DNA of 64,000 nucleotides from an uncultured Bifidobacterium sp. (GCA_964442045.1 CAYTWI010000002.1:26509-90508); one strand, 5' to 3'; positions 20,458 to 30,730 are shown, counted from the stretch's first letter. A program made the numbers and translations. Notes: generated from the letters alone by a model not told the origin.

Positions 20458-21120
20458 TTAAAGGGAAAGCTCTCCTTCGTTAGCTTTAGCCATGGCTTCC
20501 CTTAATTTTTGTCCTTCGGTAAATGGTTTTTGAAACAATAAAATCAATACAAAACCCACACTGATAGTAGCATCAGCTACATTAAATACCGGTCTGAAAA
20601 ATTCAAAGCTTTGTCCTCCCCAACCGGGAAACCAACTAGGAAAAGTACCTTTAAACAATGGAAAATAAAGCATATCAACTACCGAACCATGAAACCAGGC
20701 AGCATAACCATGTTCTGGTGGTAAAAACTGCGCCACTGTCCATGAATCACTTTCAGAGAACAACACCCCGTAGAAAACACTGTCTATAATATTACCTAAG
20801 GCTCCCACTAATATCATTGTCCAGCTAATGGTATAACCAAGATGGGCTTTGGCTTTTATCAAGGAGCTTATATAATAGATAATAACGCCACAAAATATAA
20901 TCCTGAAAAAAGTGAGTACTATTTTACCCCAACTTCCGCCAAACTCAATTCCAAAAGCCATTCCATAATTTTCTAAAAAATGTAGCTTAAACCAATTGCC
21001 TAAAACATTTATCTCTTCCCCTAAATTAAAATGTGTTTTTATGTAAAACTTACTCCATTGGTCAATCAATAGCAATAATAAACCAATAACAATAGGATAC
21101 ACAAGGTGCTTATTTTTCAT
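20458..21120 (-). CDS. lspA: Lipoprotein signal peptidase II
   Basis: DQWSK, NYGMAFG, GALGNIID, VVDM, VFNVAD; in the ileS-dksA-lspA order. Confidence 0.93.
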   Translation of the reverse strand: MKNKHLVYPIVIGLLLLLIDQWSKFYIKTHFNLGEEINVLGNWFKLHFLENYGMAFGIEFGGSWGKIVLTFFRIIFCGVIIYYISSLIKAKAHLGYTISWTMILVGALGNIIDSVFYGVLFSESDSWTVAQFLPPEHGYAAWFHGSVVDMLYFPLFKGTFPSWFPGWGGQSFEFFRPVFNVADATISVGFVLILLFQKPFTEGQKLREAMAKANEGELSL

Positions 21121-21135
21121 GCTGCTTTATAAAAA

Positions 21136-21170
21136 AAATAGAGACGCAATTTATATTTACGTCTCTATTT
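21136..21170. terminator. Hairpin between dksA and lspA
   Basis: AAATAGAGACG / CGTCTCTATTT arms; core resembles the arms of the REP-like copies. Confidence 0.45.
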
Positions 21171-21188
21171 ATATTCAAAAATTATTAA

Positions 21189-22403
21189 CTATTTATACTG
21201 CTGTAATTTAGCTTCCATACTTAAAGTAGTATGAGGCACGGCACGTAAACGCTCTTTAGCAATTAACTTACCTGTTACTTTACAAATACCATATGTTTTG
21301 TTTTCAATACGTATCAAAGCGTTTTCTAAGTTTTCAATAAACTTACGCTGGCGGGCAGCTAATTGGCTTAAATGCTCTTTTTCGCTGCTTGATTGACCAT
21401 CTTCCAAAGTTTGGTAACTGCTATCAGTATCGTTACCGCCATTGGCGTTAGGATTTTGCATTTGCTCTAATAGGTTTGTCAACTCTTCTTTAGCCGAGTT
21501 CATTTTTTTTACAATGATTTCTTTAAACTCAGCTAAATCTGCATCGCTATAACGTTTTGCTTCAGTAGCCATTTCTAAATCTTTGTACTCAAAACGAGCA
21601 GGTGCCTGGTAAGGAGGTGCCTCAACAATATCGTTAGCCCTGTCTGTTTTAGGTTTAGACACTTTTGGTGTTTTTACCACTTTAGGCTTAGCTATTTCTG
21701 TGCTTATTGGTTTGTTAACCAATACAGATTTTTTCTCTACCTTTTTAGTTGTTACTACAGGTTTTTTAGCAATAACCGGTTTAGTTACCACTACTGCTTT
21801 TTTAGCTGGCTTGGCTACCACTTTTGATTTGGTAACTTTAACCGCCTTTTTAGCAACTACCACTTTTTTAGGAGCTGCTTTTTTGGCAATTGGCTTAACA
21901 GTTACTTTTTTAGCCACTTTTGCTACTGCTTTTTTAATTACCTTAGCTACTTTTTTAACTGGTTTAGCAATAACTTTGGCTTTGGCAACTTTAGTAGCTT
22001 TTTTAGCAACTACTACTTTATTAACTGCTTTTTTAGCAATTACTTTCTTAACTACTTTTTTAGGGGCTGCTTTTTTTACTGCTTTAGCTACCTTTTTAGG
22101 GGCAACTTTCTTAACCGCTTTTTTAGGAGCAACCTTTTTAACTGCTACTTTCTTTACGGCTTTTACTACTTTTTTAGGAGCCGCTTTTTTAGTTGCTACC
22201 TTTTTAACAGTTTTTACAACTTTTTTAGCAGCCTTTTTGATGGCTTTTTTTACCACTTTAACTACTTTTTTAGCAGTTTTTACTGGCTTTGCTTTCTTTG
22301 CAGGAACTACTTTCTTAACTGCAGCTTTTTTAGCTACTTGTTTTTTCACTGCCTTTTTAACTGCTTTTTTAGGAGCAGCTTTCTTCACAATTTTCTTGGC
22401 CAT
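21189..22403 (-). CDS. dksA: TraR/DksA-family protein with ~250-aa Lys/Ala/Val-rich histone-H1-like N-terminus
   Basis: C-terminal LAARQRKFIENLENALIRIENKTYGICKVTGKLIAKERLRAVPHTTLS; N-terminal repeats KKAAPKKVVK. Confidence 0.85.
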   Translation of the reverse strand: MAKKIVKKAAPKKAVKKAVKKQVAKKAAVKKVVPAKKAKPVKTAKKVVKVVKKAIKKAAKKVVKTVKKVATKKAAPKKVVKAVKKVAVKKVAPKKAVKKVAPKKVAKAVKKAAPKKVVKKVIAKKAVNKVVVAKKATKVAKAKVIAKPVKKVAKVIKKAVAKVAKKVTVKPIAKKAAPKKVVVAKKAVKVTKSKVVAKPAKKAVVVTKPVIAKKPVVTTKKVEKKSVLVNKPISTEIAKPKVVKTPKVSKPKTDRANDIVEAPPYQAPARFEYKDLEMATEAKRYSDADLAEFKEIIVKKMNSAKEELTNLLEQMQNPNANGGNDTDSSYQTLEDGQSSSEKEHLSQLAARQRKFIENLENALIRIENKTYGICKVTGKLIAKERLRAVPHTTLSMEAKLQQYK

Positions 22404-22410
22404 TGTAATA

Positions 22411-25400
22411 TTAAGCTTTATTTATTTTTACTTTAATTTGAATTTCGTCAACCTCAACAATTACACCGTCTTCCATATTCTCAACAATTTGTAATGTATC
22501 TGCTAAAATTTCGGTGCAAATATAGGTGTTGTAGTTTAATATAGCTACATCGGTATAAACATTCTTAGTTACCTGAACATTAATTTTATCCATTACCTCC
22601 AAGCCTGATTCTTTGCGTAGATTTTGTAATTTGCTGATAAGCTCCCTTGCCACTCCCTCATTTTTCAAGGCTTCACTAATTTCGATATCCAGCGCTACGG
22701 TTATTTTACCTTCGTTAGCAACCTTATAACCAGTTATTTCTTTCGATAAAATTTCTACATCTGTGAGTAAAATGTCAATTATTTCCTGGTCAATAGTAAG
22801 GCTTATAACCCCTTTTTGCTCTATAGTTTCAATTTCTGTTTGCGTAAAATTAGTTATTGCAGCTGCAACATCTTTCATTTTAGCTCCCACTTTTTTACCC
22901 AAAGTTTTAAAATTAGGTTTTATTGATTTATCTATCGCATCAATATATTCCAGTTCTTTTACGTTTACTTCCGCTAATATCAGGTTTTTAACGTGGGTAA
23001 TTTCGTCTTTTATTCTTTGGTCAATTACCGGGATTAAAATGCGTTGTAAAGGTTGACGAACCTTGATATTTTCCTTTTTACGGATAGAAAGTACTAATGA
23101 AGATATGCGTTGTGCATAACTCATTTGTTCTTCCAAAATCACATCAATAAGCTCATTATTAGCTATTTTTAAATCTGTTAAATGAACTGATTCCTTAACA
23201 TTATGACCTGCTAATTTTAAACTTTCTGTTAGATTACGGTATAACCAGTCAGCAAAAAATGGAGCAACACTGCTCATTAATTGGCTCACTGTTTCTAAGC
23301 ATTCGAATAAGGTTTCATAAGCAGCTTTTTTCTCATCATTCATTTCTCCTTTCCAGAAACGTCTGCGACTCAAACGAATATACCAATTTGATAAATGATC
23401 ACTCACAAACTCTTCAATAGCTCTCACTGCCGGAGTTGGGTCATAATCATCCATTTTTTCGCTTACCAGTTTAATTAAGCTGTTCAGTTTACTGATAATC
23501 CACCTATCCAATTCGGTTCTGTTGGCTACGGCAACCGTTTTGGTATCATCATAAAGGAAACCATCAATATTGGCATAAATAGCAAAGAATGAGTAGGTAT
23601 TATATAAAGTACCAAAAAACTTACGTTGTATTTCGCCTATTCCTTCTAAGTCAAACTTCAAGTTATCCCATGGGTCGTTATTGCTAATCATATACCAACG
23701 CGTAGCATCGGCACCATATTTAGCAATAGTAGTGAATGGATCAACCACATTACCCAAACGTTTACTCATTTTTTGACCGTTTTTATCCAAAACCAAACCG
23801 TTGGCAATTACATTTTTAAAGGCAATAGCCGGGTTTCCTGTTTTTTCATTAAAAGCTTTTACTTCGTCTGAACTTTCGTTTAACAATACAGCCAAAGCAT
23901 GTAAAGTAAAAAACCATCCACGTGTCTGATCAACACCCTCAGCAATATAATCAGCCGGGTAAGCTGATTCAAATTGTGCTTTTGCTTCGTCAGTCGAATC
24001 TTTACCCATATAATTCCATTGGGCATAAGGCATAGCACCACTATCAAACCAAACATCTATTAAATCAGCTTCACGTTTCATTGGTTTACCCGAATCTGAA
24101 ACTAAAATAATATCGTCTACAAATGGTTTATGTAAATCAATATCCAATGTATTGTTTTGAACACTGAAATTAGAATCTTTATTAAATCCTGCTTTTACCG
24201 CTTTTTCAAACTCAATAGTTAACTCCGTTTTCGAACCTATACATTTTTCTTCCAAGCCATCTTCAGTTCGCCAAATCGGAAGCGGAGTCCCCCAATAACG
24301 CGAACGCGACAAATTCCAATCAACCAGATTTTCTAACCAATTACCAAAACGACCTGTTCCTGTTGAAGCAGGTTTCCAGTTTATTTTTGCATTACTGGCT
24401 ACCAATTTATCTTTTACGGCTGTGGTTTTTATAAACCAGCTTTCTAAGGGATAATATAAAATAGGTTTATCTGTTCTCCAGCAATGCGGATAAGTATGGT
24501 CGTATTTTTCTTTTTTAAATAACTTGTTTTCGTTTTGTAGCTTTAAAGTGATACGTTCATCCACACTTAAATAATGTAGCTTGCTGGTATCCTTCATAAA
24601 GCTTTTCAGCTTTTCCTTTTGTACAGTTAACGCTGCTTCTTTCTCCGCATCGTTTAAATAAGCTTCTTTTACAAACTCTTCTCCATAAAGAAAAAAATCG
24701 TCTTTTATCTCCGGTAAAAACTTACCTCGTTTATCAACTAAAGTTAATGACCCTATTCCGTTTTGTTTGGCTACCCTGAAATCGTCTGCCCCAAAACTAG
24801 GCGCAATATGTACTATACCCGTTCCATCTTCGGTAGTTACAAAATCGCCCAGAATTACTTCAAAAGCATTTCCGTTATCTACTGTAATACTCTCAAAAGG
24901 CATTAACTGCTCGTATTTTATACCCGCTAAATCTTTGCCTTTGTATTCAGCTAAAACCTGAAAAGGAACCAATTTATCACCGGCTTTATATTCTTCAAAT
25001 TTCAAATCGGCTTGTTCCGGTTTAAAATATTTGCCTAATAAGTTTTTAGCTAAAATTACATGAACTACTTCGTGGCTGTAATGGTTAATAGTTTTTACCA
25101 AAACATAGTCTATTTTAGCACCCACTGCCAAAGCTGTATTTGAAGGTAATGTCCAGGGAGTAGTTGTCCAGGCGAGGAAATGAACCACTCCATCAACTGA
25201 CAAAGGGCTACTGTCAACTACTTTAAACATAGCTACGGCCGTCATGTCTTTTACATCCTTATACGTGCCCGGTTGGTTTAACTCGTGTGAGCTTAAGCCA
25301 GTTCCTGCTGCAGGTGAATAAGGCTGAATGGTATAACCTTTATACAAATAACCTTTATTATGTAATTGCTTTAAGCACCACCATAAACTTTCTATATAAC

Positions 25401-25863
25401 TGTTTTCGTAAGTTATATAAGGATTGTTCAAATCAACCCAGTAACCAATGCGTGTAGTTAACTCATTCCACACATCAGTATATTTCATTACATCTTTACG
25501 GCAAGCTTCATTATAATCTTCAATAGAAATTTTTTTACCAATATCTTCTTTGGTTATTCCCATTGTCTTTTCTACTTGTAATTCCACAGGTAAACCATGG
25601 GTATCCCACCCTGCTTTGCGTTTTACCTGAAAACCTTTAATAGTATTATACCTGCAAAAAATATCTTTAATGGCACGACTCATTACGTGGTGAATACCCG
25701 GCATACCATTGGCGCTGGGTGGCCCCTCATAAAATACAAATGATTTTGCGTCTTTGCGGTTAGCTACGCTTTTATCAAAAATTTTCTCATCGTTCCAAAA
25801 CTTCAATATTTCCTGTTCAAAAGCCGGAAAATCGAGTTTTTTATATTCTTTATATTTGGTCAT
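22411..25863 (-). CDS. ileS: Isoleucine--tRNA ligase (IleRS2 type)
   Basis: GPPSANGMPGIHHV, GWDTHGLPVE, WTTTPWTL, DWNLSRSRYWG, KMSKR. Confidence 0.97.
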   Translation of the reverse strand: MTKYKEYKKLDFPAFEQEILKFWNDEKIFDKSVANRKDAKSFVFYEGPPSANGMPGIHHVMSRAIKDIFCRYNTIKGFQVKRKAGWDTHGLPVELQVEKTMGITKEDIGKKISIEDYNEACRKDVMKYTDVWNELTTRIGYWVDLNNPYITYENSYIESLWWCLKQLHNKGYLYKGYTIQPYSPAAGTGLSSHELNQPGTYKDVKDMTAVAMFKVVDSSPLSVDGVVHFLAWTTTPWTLPSNTALAVGAKIDYVLVKTINHYSHEVVHVILAKNLLGKYFKPEQADLKFEEYKAGDKLVPFQVLAEYKGKDLAGIKYEQLMPFESITVDNGNAFEVILGDFVTTEDGTGIVHIAPSFGADDFRVAKQNGIGSLTLVDKRGKFLPEIKDDFFLYGEEFVKEAYLNDAEKEAALTVQKEKLKSFMKDTSKLHYLSVDERITLKLQNENKLFKKEKYDHTYPHCWRTDKPILYYPLESWFIKTTAVKDKLVASNAKINWKPASTGTGRFGNWLENLVDWNLSRSRYWGTPLPIWRTEDGLEEKCIGSKTELTIEFEKAVKAGFNKDSNFSVQNNTLDIDLHKPFVDDIILVSDSGKPMKREADLIDVWFDSGAMPYAQWNYMGKDSTDEAKAQFESAYPADYIAEGVDQTRGWFFTLHALAVLLNESSDEVKAFNEKTGNPAIAFKNVIANGLVLDKNGQKMSKRLGNVVDPFTTIAKYGADATRWYMISNNDPWDNLKFDLEGIGEIQRKFFGTLYNTYSFFAIYANIDGFLYDDTKTVAVANRTELDRWIISKLNSLIKLVSEKMDDYDPTPAVRAIEEFVSDHLSNWYIRLSRRRFWKGEMNDEKKAAYETLFECLETVSQLMSSVAPFFADWLYRNLTESLKLAGHNVKESVHLTDLKIANNELIDVILEEQMSYAQRISSLVLSIRKKENIKVRQPLQRILIPVIDQRIKDEITHVKNLILAEVNVKELEYIDAIDKSIKPNFKTLGKKVGAKMKDVAAAITNFTQTEIETIEQKGVISLTIDQEIIDILLTDVEILSKEITGYKVANEGKITVALDIEISEALKNEGVARELISKLQNLRKESGLEVMDKINVQVTKNVYTDVAILNYNTYICTEILADTLQIVENMEDGVIVEVDEIQIKVKINKA

Positions 25864-25985
25864 TGTCGCTATGTGTAGTATCGTTACTTTTTTGAAACGA
25901 GGCGCAAAAATAAAGGTTTGTTAAATGAATAACAAACCTTTAAAACAGCGGCTTCAATATATTTTTAAACCTTGGCTGTTAAGAA

Positions 25986-26020
25986 AAAAGCTGTCTTCAA
26001 ATTAATTGAAGACAGCTTTT
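25986..26020 (-). terminator. Terminator after TonB-dependent receptor
   Basis: 15-bp arms AAAAGCTGTCTTCAA / TTGAAGACAGCTTTT. Confidence 0.7.
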
Positions 26021-26041
26021 CATTGATTCATTTAAACTGTT

Positions 26042-28345
26042 TTAGAAAGTTAAACTAAAACCCAGTGTAGGTATAAATGGTAATTGATTTAATCGTTTAT
26101 AGTTTAATACATCAAAATAGAAAATGTTTTCGCGGTTATAAGCATTGGTAGCTGCTGCTGTTACATTTAGAACTGATGTTTTACTTAATGTGAACTTGCG
26201 TGATAACGACAAATCTAACCTATGAAAATAAGGTAATCTGCCGGTATTTATCTGGTCATAATAAACACCTAAGTTACCATTTTGCGCCAATGGGCTGGTA
26301 TTAATACCACCGGCAAAATTTAATTTTTCATACAAACCCTGTGTTTGTGTAAAAGGGAAACCCGAACCAAAGTTCCAGCGCCCGTTAAATGTCCAGGCAT
26401 TTTGTTTACCAAAATTATAGTTTAATACTACATTTAAATTATGGCGCCTGTCAAAATGGGGTGTATATTCCATAATACCATCATTACGGGTTACATAGGT
26501 AAGTGAGTAAACCATCCAGATGTATAGTTTCTTATTTTCGTATTTTAAAGTAGCATCAGCACCATAAGCCAGCCCTTTTTCAGCTATATAGTCCAGTTTT
26601 AAAATATCCGGCTTATCTATATTTGACTGGTCGTTTTCGTAAATTTTATTGCGGTTAATACTAATAATCTGCATAAAGTTCTTGTAGAAACCTTCTACAT
26701 TTAAGCTTATTTTTCTGGAAATATCATACTCAAACCCAAAGGCAGCATGCCAGGCTTTTTGTAATTTGTAATCAATGCTTTGCATACTACCAGATCTGGC
26801 TATCTCATCAGGACTCGATAAAAATCCATAGAATAAATTAACCACATCCTGGTCGCTTACCGCACTCATTAAGTTTTGCGAGTAAAGTCCTCCAGCTGTT
26901 TTAAGCCTGAAATTACTGGTTACATTGTATTTTACACCTAAGCGAGGCTCAATACTGCTTTCTGATAATGAAGCATAATAAACCATTCTTAAACCCGGCT
27001 CAACTACCAAACGACTGCCAAATACTTTTTTATACTTTAAATAACCGGCAGCTTCTGTATTGTAATTGGTTTGATCAACCGAACCTCCGGTTGAGTTTTT
27101 ATAACTGTAAGCGGTATTGAAACCAACTATTTCAAATCCGTATTTTATATCGTCTTTACCAATAAAATTAGTAAAACCAAACGATGCATTAAAACTATTG
27201 ATTCCACTGGTACGTGGGCGTCCGTTAGCTTCTGTTAAGTTCATTTGGTAATTTGAATAGCCAACAGCAGCATTGATTAATGTACTACTTTCTTCCGGTA
27301 TAATAAGCATATTACCACCAAAACCTATATTATTCCAATTGTATTTCAGGTTATTAAAGCTTGAATTATCATCAAACCTGAAACCGAAAAAATTAAGCCT
27401 GCTTCCATTGGAACCAATATAAGAATACTTTCCATACAAATCGGTAAATGAATAAGGTAAGCCATTATCGGGATCAGCATTTTTGTAGAACAAAGGAGCT
27501 GTTTTATCTAAATACGATGTTTTGCATGATAATACATAAGATGCAGAACCATTGCCTTCACTGAATTTGCTGATAGGACCTTCAATGTTAAGTTTAGCTG
27601 TTATTGGATTAACACTCAATTTACCAGAGAATTTTTTTCTGTTCCCCTCACGAGTGGTAACATCAATAATACCTGAAATACGTCCGCCATATTGTGCATT
27701 AAAACCACCTGCACTTACATCGGCTGTTTTAATTAAATCGGCATCAAACACACTAAACAAACCAATGGAGTGAAACGGGTTGTAAATAATCATTCCATCC
27801 AACATTACTTTATTCATAACCGGAGGACCTCCCCTTATATATAATTGCCCACCCTGGTCACCGCTGAAATTAACACCCGGTAACACTTGTAAATACTGCA
27901 CCAAATCAGGCTCACCACCAAAGGTAGGTAACCTTGCCAAATCTTTTTGGGTAATAATATTGGTGGAAATATTTACATTTTCTCTGGCTTTTTCTTTTTC
28001 GCCACTAATGGTTATTTCTGATAAGGTATTGTTTTTCTTGATAACGTTAAAGTTTAACTGAACAGGGTCTGCATTTTTTATTTCAACTGTTTTCGACTGT
28101 GTTTCGTAACCAGTTAATGAAAACCTTACTGTATAGGTACCATTATTCAACTTGGTAATATTGTATAAACCATTTGCATCTGTTTGAACCACGGTATTAG
28201 GAAGTTCCATAATTTTAATAGCAGCGTAAATAATGGGTTCTCCATTTTCCTTATCTACAATTAAACCTCTTATTTTTCCTTGCTGAGCAAAAGCTAACTG
28301 ACTTACCAGTAATAATATAAGTATTCCTAAATAGTTGTTCTTCAT
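26042..28345 (-). CDS. TonB-dependent receptor with N-terminal carboxypeptidase-regulatory-like domain
   Basis: Signal peptide, GLIVDKENGEPI, plug LPGV...LYIRGG, SAGGFNAQYGGRISGII, C-terminal PTLGFSLTF. Confidence 0.88.
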   Translation of the reverse strand: MKNNYLGILILLLVSQLAFAQQGKIRGLIVDKENGEPIIYAAIKIMELPNTVVQTDANGLYNITKLNNGTYTVRFSLTGYETQSKTVEIKNADPVQLNFNVIKKNNTLSEITISGEKEKARENVNISTNIITQKDLARLPTFGGEPDLVQYLQVLPGVNFSGDQGGQLYIRGGPPVMNKVMLDGMIIYNPFHSIGLFSVFDADLIKTADVSAGGFNAQYGGRISGIIDVTTREGNRKKFSGKLSVNPITAKLNIEGPISKFSEGNGSASYVLSCKTSYLDKTAPLFYKNADPDNGLPYSFTDLYGKYSYIGSNGSRLNFFGFRFDDNSSFNNLKYNWNNIGFGGNMLIIPEESSTLINAAVGYSNYQMNLTEANGRPRTSGINSFNASFGFTNFIGKDDIKYGFEIVGFNTAYSYKNSTGGSVDQTNYNTEAAGYLKYKKVFGSRLVVEPGLRMVYYASLSESSIEPRLGVKYNVTSNFRLKTAGGLYSQNLMSAVSDQDVVNLFYGFLSSPDEIARSGSMQSIDYKLQKAWHAAFGFEYDISRKISLNVEGFYKNFMQIISINRNKIYENDQSNIDKPDILKLDYIAEKGLAYGADATLKYENKKLYIWMVYSLTYVTRNDGIMEYTPHFDRRHNLNVVLNYNFGKQNAWTFNGRWNFGSGFPFTQTQGLYEKLNFAGGINTSPLAQNGNLGVYYDQINTGRLPYFHRLDLSLSRKFTLSKTSVLNVTAAATNAYNRENIFYFDVLNYKRLNQLPFIPTLGFSLTF

Positions 28346-28441
28346 TTTTTAAAAAGTGTGGCGAATATAGCCATATATGGCAATGCAAAAAGCCCTTTGT
28401 TTAAAATTGTTATTTGTTGTTAAATTTGGCAAAAATTAAAT

Positions 28442-29236
28442 ATGAAAAATACTTGCTTTAAACTAGTCGCATTTTTTTGCTTAACAGTTGCATTAAGCTC
28501 TTGTGGTGACGGCTGGAAAGATTACATAAGCATTAGTATTGATAAAGAACTTGGAGAACAAGCAAACAATCAATATATGCATATGTATGAGAATCAAATT
28601 TTACCGGAAAATGAAAATCAGAAGTTATACGACCATATTAATTTAATAAAAGAAAGAATTCTAAAATCAGGGGAGGTTACCCATGCTGATGATTTTAACT
28701 GGGACCTGAAAATAATAAATGACTCTGTACTTAATGCCTTTTGCTTGCCGGGAGGTAAAATATATGTTTATACAGGCTTAATAAAATACCTGGACAATGA
28801 AGCGCAGCTGGCAGGGGTAATAGGTCATGAAATTGCGCATGCTGACAAACGCCATGCTGTTGATAATATGGCAAAACAACTCGGCTTATCTGCTTTAATA
28901 AGCTTGGTTTTTGGCGATGGCAGCAGTTTGGTAAACATTGCTCAGAATTTAATTGGCCTTAAATTTAGCCGAGGCAATGAGGCGCAGGCTGATGAGTATT
29001 CCGTTAAATATTTGTATAAAACCGTATACGATGCCAGTGAGGCGAATGCATTTTTTGATAAAATTCAAAAAGAGAAAGATGAAACAGAGGTAGCTGAAAT
29101 GTTGAGTACACACCCTGCACCCGCAAACAGAAAAGAGGAAATGTTAAATATTTGGCGCGAACTGGGCGGTAAAAAAGGTTTAAAGTTTGAAGAACAATAC
29201 CAGGAAACCAAAAAACTAATACCAGCTTACCAATAA
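28442..29236 (+). CDS. M48 family metalloprotease, lipoprotein
   Basis: Lipobox LSSC, NAFCLPGG, GHEIAH, FSRGNEAQAD, STHP. Confidence 0.92.
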   Translation: MKNTCFKLVAFFCLTVALSSCGDGWKDYISISIDKELGEQANNQYMHMYENQILPENENQKLYDHINLIKERILKSGEVTHADDFNWDLKIINDSVLNAFCLPGGKIYVYTGLIKYLDNEAQLAGVIGHEIAHADKRHAVDNMAKQLGLSALISLVFGDGSSLVNIAQNLIGLKFSRGNEAQADEYSVKYLYKTVYDASEANAFFDKIQKEKDETEVAEMLSTHPAPANRKEEMLNIWRELGGKKGLKFEEQYQETKKLIPAYQ

Positions 29237-29239
29237 GCC

Positions 29240-29713
29240 ATGATAAAAATAACGCTTATACAAATGGGTAAAACCCATTTTAAGTTTGTGGAGGAAGGTT
29301 TTGCGGAATTCAACAAACGACTTACTCATTATTGTAAATTTGAGTGCAAAACATTTGAATTACCAACCAAACTTAAAAGCAAAGATGCCGATGCTACAAA
29401 AAAAGCAGAAGCTGAAATTATACTGAAACAAATCAAACCAACTGATTTCATTATACTATTGGATGAGAATGGCAAAACATATAATTCTGTTCAATTTGCC
29501 AAACAAATGGAAAAACTGAGTACACAATATAGTCATGTAATTTTTATTATTGGTGGTGCTTTTGGTTTTGATGAAAGCATTTATAAACGTGCCAATCACC
29601 AATTATCTATCTCAGCTTTCACCTTTTCGCACCAACTAATCAGGCTCATATTTATTGAACAATTGTATAGGGTATTTACCATTATTAAAGGTGAGCCTTA
29701 TCACCACCAATGA
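29240..29713 (+). CDS. rlmH: 23S rRNA m3Psi1915 methyltransferase
   Basis: LLDENGK, FIIGGAFGF, FSHQLIRLIFIEQLYR...GEPYH. Confidence 0.95.
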   Translation: MIKITLIQMGKTHFKFVEEGFAEFNKRLTHYCKFECKTFELPTKLKSKDADATKKAEAEIILKQIKPTDFIILLDENGKTYNSVQFAKQMEKLSTQYSHVIFIIGGAFGFDESIYKRANHQLSISAFTFSHQLIRLIFIEQLYRVFTIIKGEPYHHQ

Positions 29714-29801
29714 GTAAAGTAAAATTTATGTTTTGCCCAAAACTTAAGTTGCAAGTTTTCAAGTATTAAGTATATTTGAATTATAAACAACTAAAAACAT
29801 C

Positions 29802-30095
29802 ATGAAAAAAATATTAATCGTTGCTGCTTTTGCAGCATTTGGCTTTGCAAGCAAAGCACAAACTACAGTTGCTCCAAGCCAATCATTACAAGTTGCAGCT
29901 CCTTCAGAAGAGTTGGTAGTTGTTGATGACAAGCCAGCAAAAACAGAAGACAAAAAAGACAAGAAAAGCGCTGATAAAAAAGCAGAAACAAAAGAGTGTG
30001 CTGACAAAAAAGACAAAAAATGCAGTTCTAAAAAACAGTGCTGTGCAAAAAAAGCAGAAAAAACTGATGCTGTTAAAACAGAAGAACCTAAATAA
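29802..30095 (+). CDS. Small secreted low-complexity Lys/Cys-rich hypothetical protein
   Basis: Signal peptide MKKILIVAAFAAFGFASKA; ECADKKDKKCSSKKQCCAKK; followed by a terminator. Confidence 0.65.
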   Translation: MKKILIVAAFAAFGFASKAQTTVAPSQSLQVAAPSEELVVVDDKPAKTEDKKDKKSADKKAETKECADKKDKKCSSKKQCCAKKAEKTDAVKTEEPK

Positions 30096-30110
30096 ACCTT
30101 TTAGTTTATC

Positions 30111-30158
30111 AGCAATAAAAAAGCCTGACTATTCAAATAGTCAGGCTTTTTTATTGCT
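30111..30158. terminator. Bidirectional terminator (23-bp perfect arms)
   Basis: AGCAATAAAAAAGCCTGACTATT-CA-AATAGTCAGGCTTTTTTATTGCT between convergent genes. Confidence 0.8.
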
Positions 30159-30170
30159 AGAGAGTTTTGA

Positions 30171-30608
30171 TTATTTTTTAGGCTCTTCTACCGGTTTTAC
30201 TTCACCTTTTAGGTAAAGAACTACCTGAGATTTTTTAGCATTACTCATAACAGTTACAGTTTTGTTGAAACTACCAGCAGATGCTGCATTGTAAGTAGCT
30301 TTTACATAACCTTTTTGACCTGGTTTAATTGGCTCTTTTGTCCAATCAGGAGTAGTACAACCGCAACCAGCAGCAGCATTAGTAATAATTAATGGTTCTT
30401 TACCTGTATTTTTAAATACATAGGTATAAGTAGCAGGAACTCCTTGTGGAATAACGCCAAAATCATGTGTTTCTTCAACAAATTGAATGTCTGCTTGATT
30501 TGGATTATCCTGCGTAGTTGCTGCGGGAGTGGGAGTTGTTGTTGTTTGTGCATTGGCTGCTACAAAACTAGCAACTGCAACAAACGCGGTAATGATTAAC
30601 TTTTTCAT
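30171..30608 (-). CDS. DUF1573 domain protein
   Basis: Signal peptide, FKNTGKEPLII...AGCGCTTP...PIKPG. Confidence 0.88.
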   Translation of the reverse strand: MKKLIITAFVAVASFVAANAQTTTTPTPAATTQDNPNQADIQFVEETHDFGVIPQGVPATYTYVFKNTGKEPLIITNAAAGCGCTTPDWTKEPIKPGQKGYVKATYNAASAGSFNKTVTVMSNAKKSQVVLYLKGEVKPVEEPKK

Positions 30609-30730
30609 GTGTTTATTATTTTTTGTTTTAATTATAATGTTAGATTTAGCAAAGGTTATACCAATTTTGAATTCAAATGTAATAATTTATTAAAAACAAC
30701 GAACTAAAAATTTACTAAATTTTATTTTTT

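Noticed and set aside
21700-22494. 264-aa + strand ORF rich in Phe/Leu/Thr/Ala that looks like a membrane protein
   Set aside because: Antisense shadow of the Lys-rich dksA repeat: AAA/GCT/GTA codons give a stop-free reverse frame
22411-25863. IleRS2-type ileS as an acquired mupirocin-resistance gene
   Set aside because: It sits in the conserved ileS-dksA-lspA context, and this type is the usual housekeeping form in Bacteroidota
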